From positions 1 to 48,314 of IMG/VR virus record IMGVR_UViG_3300033186_000014: a stretch of DNA of 48,314 nt, one strand, 5' to 3'. The notes below the pieces were generated by a model. The model did not search any database, was not told the DNA's origin, and was given only the letters and a program-made list of their open reading frames with translations. Source of the stretch: a virus. Positions 39,460 through 47,135 of this stretch are shown here, piece by piece; the stretch's first letter is position 1; each line of letters begins with the position of its first letter. The position numbers and the translations under genes are program-made.

Positions 39460-39939
39460 TTAAGTCGCATCAACGCGAATTGGCAGCTGGTTCAAGCCGA
39501 TAGTGAACCGCTCGATGTCGAAGTCATCGTTGCCACCGCCAACAAGCACGGGCCCGGAGACAACCCCGCGAGAATAGAAGATGGTGTTGGTCGACCCACC
39601 AGCTGGCATATCATTGCGCTCGATCTTTACCGCAATGTTGTTCAGGTTGGTTGGAACGCCGAAGGTGCGCAGTTCGTCTTGACCGGCGTCGGACGCATCA
39701 GATGCAACTTCAATGGTGAGATCGCCAGCGTTCGCCGTGCCTTTCTGCTTCTGAGTTACATCTTCATCAAGAGTGTCGTACGTGACAATGTTGCTCTCAG
39801 ACCCGAAGTCACCAACATTTCCGACTTTGCTAACCTGGACCCAAGTAAGCGCTTCAAATGCTGTTTGGTTCAGGTCGGCATTCTGAGCAGTTGCACAGAC
39901 ATAAGTCTTGCTGCCCTTTTTCGTGCTTTTATTTGCCAT
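39460..39939 (-). CDS. Major tail (tube) protein
   Basis: 159 aa, beta-rich. Upstream of the chaperone pair, downstream of the tail terminator. Confidence 0.75.
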   Translation of the reverse strand: MANKSTKKGSKTYVCATAQNADLNQTAFEALTWVQVSKVGNVGDFGSESNIVTYDTLDEDVTQKQKGTANAGDLTIEVASDASDAGQDELRTFGVPTNLNNIAVKIERNDMPAGGSTNTIFYSRGVVSGPVLVGGGNDDFDIERFTIGLNQLPIRVDAT

Positions 39940-39941
39940 TT

Positions 39942-40370
39942 TTAAGCCTCTGTTTCGAAAGCTTGCCAGTTGATAGAAACCGGAAATCTCAGCCGGTCTT
40001 TATCGGTGAACAGACCTGCAGGATCGGGCCGCCCGTCGATCTGAACGAACATGCCATCACCCCAAAGCTTGAGGTCCTTTTGAAAGTGGTTGATGATCTG
40101 GCCAGCGATGTCCTGACCGGTGGTGATACTTTGGTTCTTTTGCGTTAGAACCGTGACTTGGAAGATCCCTTGAATGTGCGCGGGTTCTTCGTCGATTGCA
40201 TAATCAATGGAGCCATTCTGAATGTGATCGACCTGCACATAAGTTTGTGCTTTGCGCTGCCCCTTTTTGGGGTAGTCTGAGCCCGGAAAAGCGATGTCAT
40301 GCTCAAGCCCAAGGCTTTCAAGATGTGCGCTCAGCACTGTATAGGCCTTGCCTTCAAGTGAATTTGCCAT
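39942..40370 (-). CDS. Tail terminator / tail completion protein (DUF4128- or DUF3168-like)
   Basis: Synteny and size (142 aa). Confidence 0.55.
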   Translation of the reverse strand: MANSLEGKAYTVLSAHLESLGLEHDIAFPGSDYPKKGQRKAQTYVQVDHIQNGSIDYAIDEEPAHIQGIFQVTVLTQKNQSITTGQDIAGQIINHFQKDLKLWGDGMFVQIDGRPDPAGLFTDKDRLRFPVSINWQAFETEA

Positions 40371-40383
40371 CTATGGTGTTTCC

Positions 40384-40593
40384 ATGACTGAAAAGCTCAC
40401 AGACGAACAAGTCCATGAACGGGTCTACTTGGCGATGCTTTCGCTCGGTAAAGAGGAAGGCGAAACGGTTCGGGGCAACACCACCTTGGAAGCCGCCCGC
40501 CGTGCGCTCATGCTTCTGCAGCTAGGCTTGGTCAATGCGATGGAGAAGAACGAAGACAAGAACATCGCAATCAAAGATCGAAGCGAGCCTTGA
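40384..40593 (+). CDS. Possible opposite-strand small ORF (69 aa) in an otherwise unexplained 200-bp gap
   Basis: MTEKLTDEQVHERVYLAMLSLGKEEGETVRGNTTLEAARRALMLLQLGLVNAMEK.. is helical and protein-like. The minus-strand frames here are poor. Weak SD (GGTG). Confidence 0.35.
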   Translation: MTEKLTDEQVHERVYLAMLSLGKEEGETVRGNTTLEAARRALMLLQLGLVNAMEKNEDKNIAIKDRSEP

Positions 40594-41017
40594 CCTTCTT
40601 TGCATTCCGATCAACGATTTGTGGCCATTTCTGAGCCGCTGTGCGCACGAATGCGTCTGGCGGCTGTCCATTAGCCCCATACTCCCTATGCGCCGCATAT
40701 GACGCTGTGAAGCCGAAGAAAAGCGTATCTTCCAACGCGGCCCCGGCAATGATCGCTTCAATCTGCCCCAGATCCAAATTGTAGGACTGTCCATCGATCG
40801 GAACCGAGGCTTGGTTGATGGTTGGCATGGCAGATGTTGAGGCCAACAAGGAATTTCTCAGAAAGCCGGTATCAACCCGCATCCGGCCACCTTTGGCGCG
40901 AGGTCGAACCATTTCCTCAACAACATCCTGAGCGCTTTCATTCCTGACCGCTTCAACTGCCTCAAGCACATTGCCGACGAAGGCTTCAACCTGTGCGGAG
41001 AATGAGAGCTTAGCCAC
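40571..41017 (-). CDS. HK97 gp10-like neck / tail-component protein
   Basis: VDTGFLRNSL...GFTASYAAHREYG is the HK97 gp10 family signature. Confidence 0.65.
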   Translation of the reverse strand: MAKLSFSAQVEAFVGNVLEAVEAVRNESAQDVVEEMVRPRAKGGRMRVDTGFLRNSLLASTSAMPTINQASVPIDGQSYNLDLGQIEAIIAGAALEDTLFFGFTASYAAHREYGANGQPPDAFVRTAAQKWPQIVDRNAKKVKARFDL

Positions 41018-42044
41018 GAGTTCGCTTCCTGTACTTCCTCAGTCCTGCAGCTGTCCAATCGATCTTGTATTTCACGCGACAACGACACTGAATGGTTTCG
41101 CTTGCTGGCGCTTCAGGATCATGAGGGTATCGCAACACTGCCCCAGACGGGCTCTGAAACGACCCATCGAATGGTTGTTCCTGACCTTCCATTGCCAAGT
41201 GTGTGTGACGCGTTCTTGCATCCCCTGTTGCATCCCAAATCTTGGTTACGTCACCAGCTTGAATCTTCCCGCTTTTGATTTGCTGTTCAATGGCGTTCTG
41301 TCTTCCTGCGCTCAAAGCTGCGAGGGTTTCGGTCCGTCCAATGGTGTCACCCCGATATTTCAAGGTCCGGTTCCGATAGGACGTCACCATTTTGGCAATC
41401 GTGGCTTTGTCCAGAGCCTCACCAGAGCGGATTGCCTTCAAGACAGTCCTGTCAAAGCGCTTATCTCTTAACTTGCGCCCTAGGGCTTCTCTGAGCCTGT
41501 CAGCATCGCCTGAGAGCAAATCATCCTTGTAGGTGCGCTGCCACTCTTCCTGTTGAGCCGTGAGCCCCAGAATGCCGCCTGAGCGCTTCCCGCCCTTGTT
41601 CCGACCAATGATGTCCAGAGCAACCGAACGCGGGTTGCGACCAGCTGCCAGACCTTCAACCAATGCTGTCCGGATCGCTTCTTTCTGTTCCTCGACAATG
41701 CCTTGGATCAGGTTGGAGGATTTCTTTCGCAACCAAGCTTCAGCAATTGGATTACGAACACTGAACTGCCAGACAACAGCCGGGCCATTGCTCTGACGGA
41801 GCCTAGGCAGATCATCAATTAAACTTTGACCTGCTTCACCAAAAGCATCCTGCAAAGCCTTCTCAAGCGCTGCAAAGGCCTCTGGCTCAATCTGGAGGGC
41901 TTCAATGGCACCTGCGATGTCACCCTGATCAAGACGACCTGTAACCACATTCAGGATCACATTGTTCTTGATCTCAGCAATTGCGCGCTGGAAAGCCTCG
42001 GCAATCAGCCTTGAATGCTTGGCTGTAAGCTCGTCGAGTGTCAT
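41010..42044 (-). CDS. Minor head protein, Mu F / SPP1 gp7-like
   Basis: C-terminal ..DARTRHTHLAMEGQEQPFDGSF..LRYPHDP..ETIQCRCRV matches the Phage_Mu_F core. Confidence 0.7.
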   Translation of the reverse strand: MTLDELTAKHSRLIAEAFQRAIAEIKNNVILNVVTGRLDQGDIAGAIEALQIEPEAFAALEKALQDAFGEAGQSLIDDLPRLRQSNGPAVVWQFSVRNPIAEAWLRKKSSNLIQGIVEEQKEAIRTALVEGLAAGRNPRSVALDIIGRNKGGKRSGGILGLTAQQEEWQRTYKDDLLSGDADRLREALGRKLRDKRFDRTVLKAIRSGEALDKATIAKMVTSYRNRTLKYRGDTIGRTETLAALSAGRQNAIEQQIKSGKIQAGDVTKIWDATGDARTRHTHLAMEGQEQPFDGSFQSPSGAVLRYPHDPEAPASETIQCRCRVKYKIDWTAAGLRKYRKRTRG

Positions 42045-42412
42045 TAGCCTCTGGCCTGAACCTCATAAAAAACAACAGTGCCTGCAGGAGACAGCGGCTT
42101 GAGTTGCACGATGGAAAACACATCGCCATTGATCACAAGGCTATCTTCTTCTCCAGGCGCTACTGAGAGACCTTCAGTTGACAGATAGACCTGTTTATCA
42201 GTTGATTGGATCAGCGTTCCATCGACCTTGTGAATGTCGTAGTCCAGAACAGCCAGAATGCAGGTGTGATCGGTGTCTTCATATTCAGGGTCATAGTCAG
42301 ACGAACCATCAACCTGAGTTGATTGGCGAAGGGTCGCAGATTGGCCAAATTTCTTGATCAGACGTTCTGCTGTTGCCTTTGCTCTTGCATAGTTGAAGGT
42401 TGCCATTGTCAA
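42044..42412 (-). CDS. Head closure / head-tail joining protein
   Basis: Synteny and size (122 aa). Confidence 0.5.
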   Translation of the reverse strand: MTMATFNYARAKATAERLIKKFGQSATLRQSTQVDGSSDYDPEYEDTDHTCILAVLDYDIHKVDGTLIQSTDKQVYLSTEGLSVAPGEEDSLVINGDVFSIVQLKPLSPAGTVVFYEVQARG

Positions 42413-42936
42413 ACCCGATAACTTGAGCCAGAAATTGAAGACCCAGCCCCGGTTGCTAAAAACTGAGAAACCATATCTCGAACGATGGTTAAAACCGGGC
42501 GCAACGCATCTGGAGACGTATCAGAAAGCGCATATTCTGTACTCATTGGCCCAATCTTCTCAGACTTGATTAGTTCAGTTGCTTTAAAATCTGGGTTCAT
42601 AGATCCAGGGTCTTCAACTTCTCTCCAACCAACTTCGCAAACAGCGTTGATGATCTCGGTTGGGATTTCATCGCTTTTGATGCCCCACCCTTCTTGGTCT
42701 ACAGCGCCAGAGCGAGGCCATGAGAGGGCTTGGTCCCTTCCATGGGTGCGGAAGCCTTGCCAAGTAAAAGAATTGCTCAGGAAGCTGCTGGAACGCCGCA
42801 ATGCCTGTTCAATCAGGTCATCGCTGTAATCAGTCAGATCGTTTCCGATCTTGCCTTGATAGGCCTTGAACATGTCGACAGAGACAAAGCTATCTGCATC
42901 TTCAAGTCCGGCTCCTGTCTCTACCGTGAGCGCCAT
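42409..42936 (-). CDS. Head-tail adaptor (DnaT-like / gp6-like fold family)
   Basis: EDADSFVSVDMFKAYQGKIGND... N-terminus is typical of these adaptors. Synteny. Confidence 0.5.
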   Translation of the reverse strand: MALTVETGAGLEDADSFVSVDMFKAYQGKIGNDLTDYSDDLIEQALRRSSSFLSNSFTWQGFRTHGRDQALSWPRSGAVDQEGWGIKSDEIPTEIINAVCEVGWREVEDPGSMNPDFKATELIKSEKIGPMSTEYALSDTSPDALRPVLTIVRDMVSQFLATGAGSSISGSSYRV

Positions 42937-43202
42937 CAGTCAACCCAAACCATATCAGAAGCTGTCGTATTCGTCGCATTCACACGAATGCACCGGATAG
43001 GCATCCAGCCCGAGGCATTCTTGAAAACAACAGCAGTTCCATCTTCTCGAACTGCCGCAACGTCACCCGTTGTCCCAACCCATAGAGCGCGACACACACG
43101 GCTGAAATTTGCGGTGTCCGAGGGTGTGACAGTCTCAAAACGAGGAGCCGGAGCAGAAGCTCCCGGGCCATTTGAAGAGTAGAGATTATCGACCATTTTC
43201 AT
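42936..43202 (-). CDS. Small conserved virion protein (resembles the RcGTA Rcc01079 spike-base family)
   Basis: TPSDTANFSRVCRALWVGTTGDVAAV..DGTAVVFKNASGWMPIRCIRVNATNTTASDMVWV. Confidence 0.35.
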   Translation of the reverse strand: MKMVDNLYSSNGPGASAPAPRFETVTPSDTANFSRVCRALWVGTTGDVAAVREDGTAVVFKNASGWMPIRCIRVNATNTTASDMVWVD

Positions 43203-43482
43203 TGTTTCCCATGGCCTTCAGGGCTTCAACAAGCCCGTCTTTGGTGTCTGGGCTATCGTCGCCGAGGAGCTTTTTTGCTGCAGCTTGAGCAGTTTTGAAA
43301 TGCACGCCCGTATCATCGAACAACGCAAGCACATCAGAAGGAGATGGTTCTGAGCCTTCGTTCTCCAGTTCACCGGCTTTCAAAACGATCCACCCGCAAG
43401 CCTTCATGTTCTCCACTTCGTTTGGATGTACAGCAGATTCCTTCCGGTCTGCCGTACGTATCATCGCAATTGTTTCAACCAT
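43186..43482 (-). CDS. Hypothetical head-module protein
   Basis: 98-aa ORF directly after the capsid gene hairpin. Confidence 0.55.
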   Translation of the reverse strand: MVETIAMIRTADRKESAVHPNEVENMKACGWIVLKAGELENEGSEPSPSDVLALFDDTGVHFKTAQAAAKKLLGDDSPDTKDGLVEALKAMGNNENGR

Positions 43483-43505
43483 TGTTTTTCAACCAATCTG
43501 AAAGT

Positions 43506-43527
43506 CCGAGGGCGCGAACGCCCTCGG
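43506..43527 (-). promoter_or_regulatory. Perfect 9-bp GC hairpin with a UUCG loop just downstream of the major capsid gene
   Basis: Minus strand reads CCGAGGGCG-UUCG-CGCCCUCGG. No strong U tract follows (ACUUUCAG). Confidence 0.6.
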
Positions 43528-43547
43528 TAGCCCGTGGGGAAGGAGGT

Positions 43548-44693
43548 TTAGCCGAGCAGAATGCCCATATTTTCAGGCTTGATCTCTTTGACGCCCCAAG
43601 CTAGACCAATCTCAATTTTGACGCGGCGGTACTGGCGATACATAGCAAACTGATAAGTCAATCCAGACACTGGGTCGGTCAGAGTCATGACATCATCAGC
43701 CTCGTCACCACCTTCAGGCATTGCAGGCTGGCGAGCAGCCAGAAGCATTGCGTTCCTGTGGTAGAACATGTTCGCTGTGTAGCTGTTGCCGACCGTGATG
43801 GACGCATTATCAGCAGCGGCGCTAAGAAGACCGGGCTTGTTGATGGAAAGATCCCCACCCGACAACGCAGTGCCAACAACATACTTGTTTGCGTCACCAT
43901 CAAGGGTCACAACATCACCAGTGAGAACTGTGCCAGTTCCGGTGTCGACTGCGATCAAGGTGTCCCCAGCCGCAGAAGACGCATCGTTCAGCAGATAGCC
44001 TGAACCCGTGCCTTTCGTGTGAGATTTAATACCTGCAGAATATCCCATGGTGAAGTTATGAAGCTGACGCATTTGACGATTTCGAAGCATTGCTCCGGCA
44101 TCGCCAGCTTCATTGACACGGAACAGTTCTGGGTGTTTTCCCTCAAGGTTTGCACGTGCCGCAGAACCAAGGATCATTACGCGATCAGACGCGGGGCAAC
44201 CATTTTCGTCCAGAATGCGGTTTGCCTGAGCAAAATCAGTGTGATCATTCGCTGTGCCGAATGGAGTAGTGCCAGCCGTACCATAAGCACGGGACGCTCC
44301 ATAATACAGTGCTGCAAGGTCGGCTTCTACGGCATTGGCGATGGTGCGGAAGCCCTGTTCCATTTTTTGAGCCATCAGAGTGTCGTAAATGCCGTAGTTA
44401 TTCGTCGACTTCTGCTCCTCGCCCGTCCAGCGGATCGGATATGCTTTGGACTTCGTGATAGTCACGTCAACATACTCATCGGTGGTATCACCGGAATCTG
44501 CAGGGTCATTGCCAGGAGTGATGTCCTCAAGAGAACTTGTACCTGCGATTGGCGAACGGACAGTCTGCCCGACAGCAGCGTTTTCAGCAGTTGCATCAGT
44601 TGCGACATTTGGAATAAAGCCGATGAGTTCGCGGTTGACAGTCTCAAGAGCTGTATAAATGGTCGGGATCAGACCCGTAAGCGTATTAGCCAT
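43548..44693 (-). CDS. Major capsid protein (P22 coat-like family)
   Basis: MANTLTGLIPTIYTALETVNRELIGFIPNV N-terminus. 381 aa. It follows the scaffold gene. Confidence 0.8.
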   Translation of the reverse strand: MANTLTGLIPTIYTALETVNRELIGFIPNVATDATAENAAVGQTVRSPIAGTSSLEDITPGNDPADSGDTTDEYVDVTITKSKAYPIRWTGEEQKSTNNYGIYDTLMAQKMEQGFRTIANAVEADLAALYYGASRAYGTAGTTPFGTANDHTDFAQANRILDENGCPASDRVMILGSAARANLEGKHPELFRVNEAGDAGAMLRNRQMRQLHNFTMGYSAGIKSHTKGTGSGYLLNDASSAAGDTLIAVDTGTGTVLTGDVVTLDGDANKYVVGTALSGGDLSINKPGLLSAAADNASITVGNSYTANMFYHRNAMLLAARQPAMPEGGDEADDVMTLTDPVSGLTYQFAMYRQYRRVKIEIGLAWGVKEIKPENMGILLG

Positions 44694-44795
44694 CGTGATT
44701 TCCTCTTAGATAGCGATGTTTTGGGGATGAATCGGGCCATCCAGCCCGGAACACCGCCACCCATCCGAGAAGCGGTTTATCAAATAGATTTGGCT

Positions 44796-45563
44796 TTAGG
44801 TGGCATCCACCACCTTAAAACCGTCCTTAATTTTGCTCATCTGGTCGGCAGGATTGAGCCCGTCGAATTCAGAGCGTGAAAGCGTCTTGTTACCTGCTTT
44901 CCCATTGTTCGGCTTTCCACCGCCGCCGTGGTTGTCGTTCCCCTTCAGGATGTGATCCTTATGAGGATAAGCGTCGACGAAGGATTCGATGATTTCATCA
45001 AAGCCAGCCAAATCAGCAGGGTTAGAGGCAGAGCGGATCGGCTGACCGGCAGGATCAAGCCCTACAATTCGACCTTCTTCAATCTTGAGCTTGTCCGCGT
45101 AGATATTCTTGATCAGGTCCGCCCCGGCGGGGGTTAGCTTCTCGGTGACAAATTTGGATTGGCTGAACTGGTTGCCGATCTTTTCGGCTGACAGTGAGCC
45201 TTGAAGGGTTTCGATGGTTTTATCTTTCGACGCCAAATCGTCTTTAAGAGGCTTCACAGCAGCCGCGATTGCTGCGTCCATATCACCGGCGTCTACCAGT
45301 TTCTTTGCATCAATCTGCCCAATCTTTTCTAACGCCTCTTTGGCTTCTTCTGCATCCAAGCCGTCAAAAGATTTTAACGCATCCTCTGTAGCTGCAGCTT
45401 TTCGCTTTGTGCTGGCAAGATCATTCTCAAGGCGCGTCAAAGAGCCACGCATAGCTTCTGCATCATAAACATGTTCTTTGCCATCATCGCTGATATAGAC
45501 AGGTTTTCCATCCTGCACTAACGCGTAGGTTTTTCCTTCAATCTCGACTGTTTTAAGTGGCAT
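44796..45563 (-). CDS. Scaffolding protein
   Basis: Highly charged helical 255-aa protein between the portal and capsid genes. Confidence 0.65.
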   Translation of the reverse strand: MPLKTVEIEGKTYALVQDGKPVYISDDGKEHVYDAEAMRGSLTRLENDLASTKRKAAATEDALKSFDGLDAEEAKEALEKIGQIDAKKLVDAGDMDAAIAAAVKPLKDDLASKDKTIETLQGSLSAEKIGNQFSQSKFVTEKLTPAGADLIKNIYADKLKIEEGRIVGLDPAGQPIRSASNPADLAGFDEIIESFVDAYPHKDHILKGNDNHGGGGKPNNGKAGNKTLSRSEFDGLNPADQMSKIKDGFKVVDAT

Positions 45564-45628
45564 TTCTTACCTCTGGCCATCCGGCCTTTGAGTTGACCCA
45601 TCCGGATCGGCTTTGCCCATTAAGGCAT

Positions 45629-45653
45629 GAAAAAGGCCCGCTTTAAGCGAGCC
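45629..45653 (-). terminator. Intrinsic terminator between the portal and scaffold genes
   Basis: Minus strand reads GGCUCGC-uuaaa-GCGGGCC (one G-U pair) followed by UUUUUCAUG. Confidence 0.6.
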
Positions 45654-45668
45654 GGTTAAAGTCTTGAA

Positions 45669-47135
45669 CTAACCATCAACGATATCGTCATCATCTCCGG
45701 GCAGTTCGTCCGTCAGACGTTCGATTTCATCCTTGAATGTTCGATTAGGGCCAATGTATCCACGGCGCTTAGCCTCTTCGAACCACGTCTCTTGCGAGAT
45801 GTCGCCACGGTCACGGGCCTTGGCCAAATCCTCTGCTCCGGTATCCTCTTTCATATCAAGGCTAAAATCTGTATTTAGTTGAACAACAGGCTGAGCGTTT
45901 GATTTTTGCCAGTCAGCCGTTGCCTTAAGACAGTTTTCAAGAAAATCCTTGCAATTAAGGGCCCACGCCTCGATGGCGCTGTTTGCTTTGTCGCCTGCAA
46001 ACGCCGCAGTAATTGTAGTAATGTTGCCCGACTGTGATGTGAGTGGTTGACGCCCAAGCTCTCTTAACTGCGCCTCTGTCTTGTCCACTTCGTCAGAACA
46101 AAAAGTCAATGATGTGCCAGCAGGCTCCAGAACTTGCCAATCACCATGAGAGCCCGACCCATCAGGAGGCGCATAGAGAACTGCAAACGGACCCACAGGC
46201 AGCGGCGTCGGCTTGCCGTCATCACCCTTTGGAGGCATGACGCCATTCCCGGCCAACATCGCGAACGCTGTACGCTGGCGCATATATTTGAGTTCACTCT
46301 CCTGCTGGAAATGCTCAATCTGAAGATCAGCAGCACGTTCCATAGCGGGCTTTACGACCCACGATGAACCAACACGCTTGCCTGTGGTGAATGGAAACAA
46401 AGGAATATAACCGATGGAATAGGCACCGGCGTCAACCTCAATCCAACGTTTCTTTCCATCCTTGTCTTTTTGCTTTTCCATAAGAGACCATAAGGGAGCC
46501 CCGGCACCCGTCGCATTTCCTAACTGGTCTCTATCAACAGTGCGCTCAATTACACGCACACGCTCTGTAATCGCTTCGCCGTAACCGTCACGAACCTTTT
46601 GATCTTCCTTGATCCTTACATGTGTGATTACCTCTTTGCCTGCAATCGCCTCAGAATAGACTGCAAGAACATCAGAGCCGTTTAGGTGCACCCAATATGG
46701 CCGAATACCAGAAGCCTTCACTTCAGCTCTAGTGGCGTTTTCCTTAATGTTTGATGGATAGTCAACCATCACCCAAGTGAGAGCATCAACTACACCGGCA
46801 TGGAAAACCTTCCCGGCAAACACGTGAATGTGACTACCCTGCCCGTCGATGTCTTCGAGCAGATCTTTCAAATCTCCTTCGTCTGAAACAGTTATTTCCT
46901 GCTCAAAAGGCTTGGCTGCAAGTGTGTCAACAATATCCGCAAAGATATTGGTAAACTTGGCATTCCCAAGTCTCAGTTCATAATCTTTATTGGATTCATG
47001 TGGAAACTGGGGCAGGAAAGTTTTGCCAGATTCACGCATGGCTGCCGTGCCGCCCATGATTGCCGCCGTTTTTACCCAATAAGGAACCATAGCGTCATAG
47101 TCAGACGATGTGCTTTCAGGTGTCTTTTCCTGCAT
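45669..47135 (-). CDS. Portal protein (DUF4055-type)
   Basis: 488 aa. Its ATG overlaps the terL stop (TAATG). N-terminal YDAMVPYWVKTAAIMGGTAAMRESGKTFLPQFPHES. Confidence 0.8.
   Translation of the reverse strand: MQEKTPESTSSDYDAMVPYWVKTAAIMGGTAAMRESGKTFLPQFPHESNKDYELRLGNAKFTNIFADIVDTLAAKPFEQEITVSDEGDLKDLLEDIDGQGSHIHVFAGKVFHAGVVDALTWVMVDYPSNIKENATRAEVKASGIRPYWVHLNGSDVLAVYSEAIAGKEVITHVRIKEDQKVRDGYGEAITERVRVIERTVDRDQLGNATGAGAPLWSLMEKQKDKDGKKRWIEVDAGAYSIGYIPLFPFTTGKRVGSSWVVKPAMERAADLQIEHFQQESELKYMRQRTAFAMLAGNGVMPPKGDDGKPTPLPVGPFAVLYAPPDGSGSHGDWQVLEPAGTSLTFCSDEVDKTEAQLRELGRQPLTSQSGNITTITAAFAGDKANSAIEAWALNCKDFLENCLKATADWQKSNAQPVVQLNTDFSLDMKEDTGAEDLAKARDRGDISQETWFEEAKRRGYIGPNRTFKDEIERLTDELPGDDDDIVDG

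Noticed and set aside
44019-44879. 286-aa plus-strand ORF
   Set aside because: Antisense to the major capsid gene; a shadow ORF.
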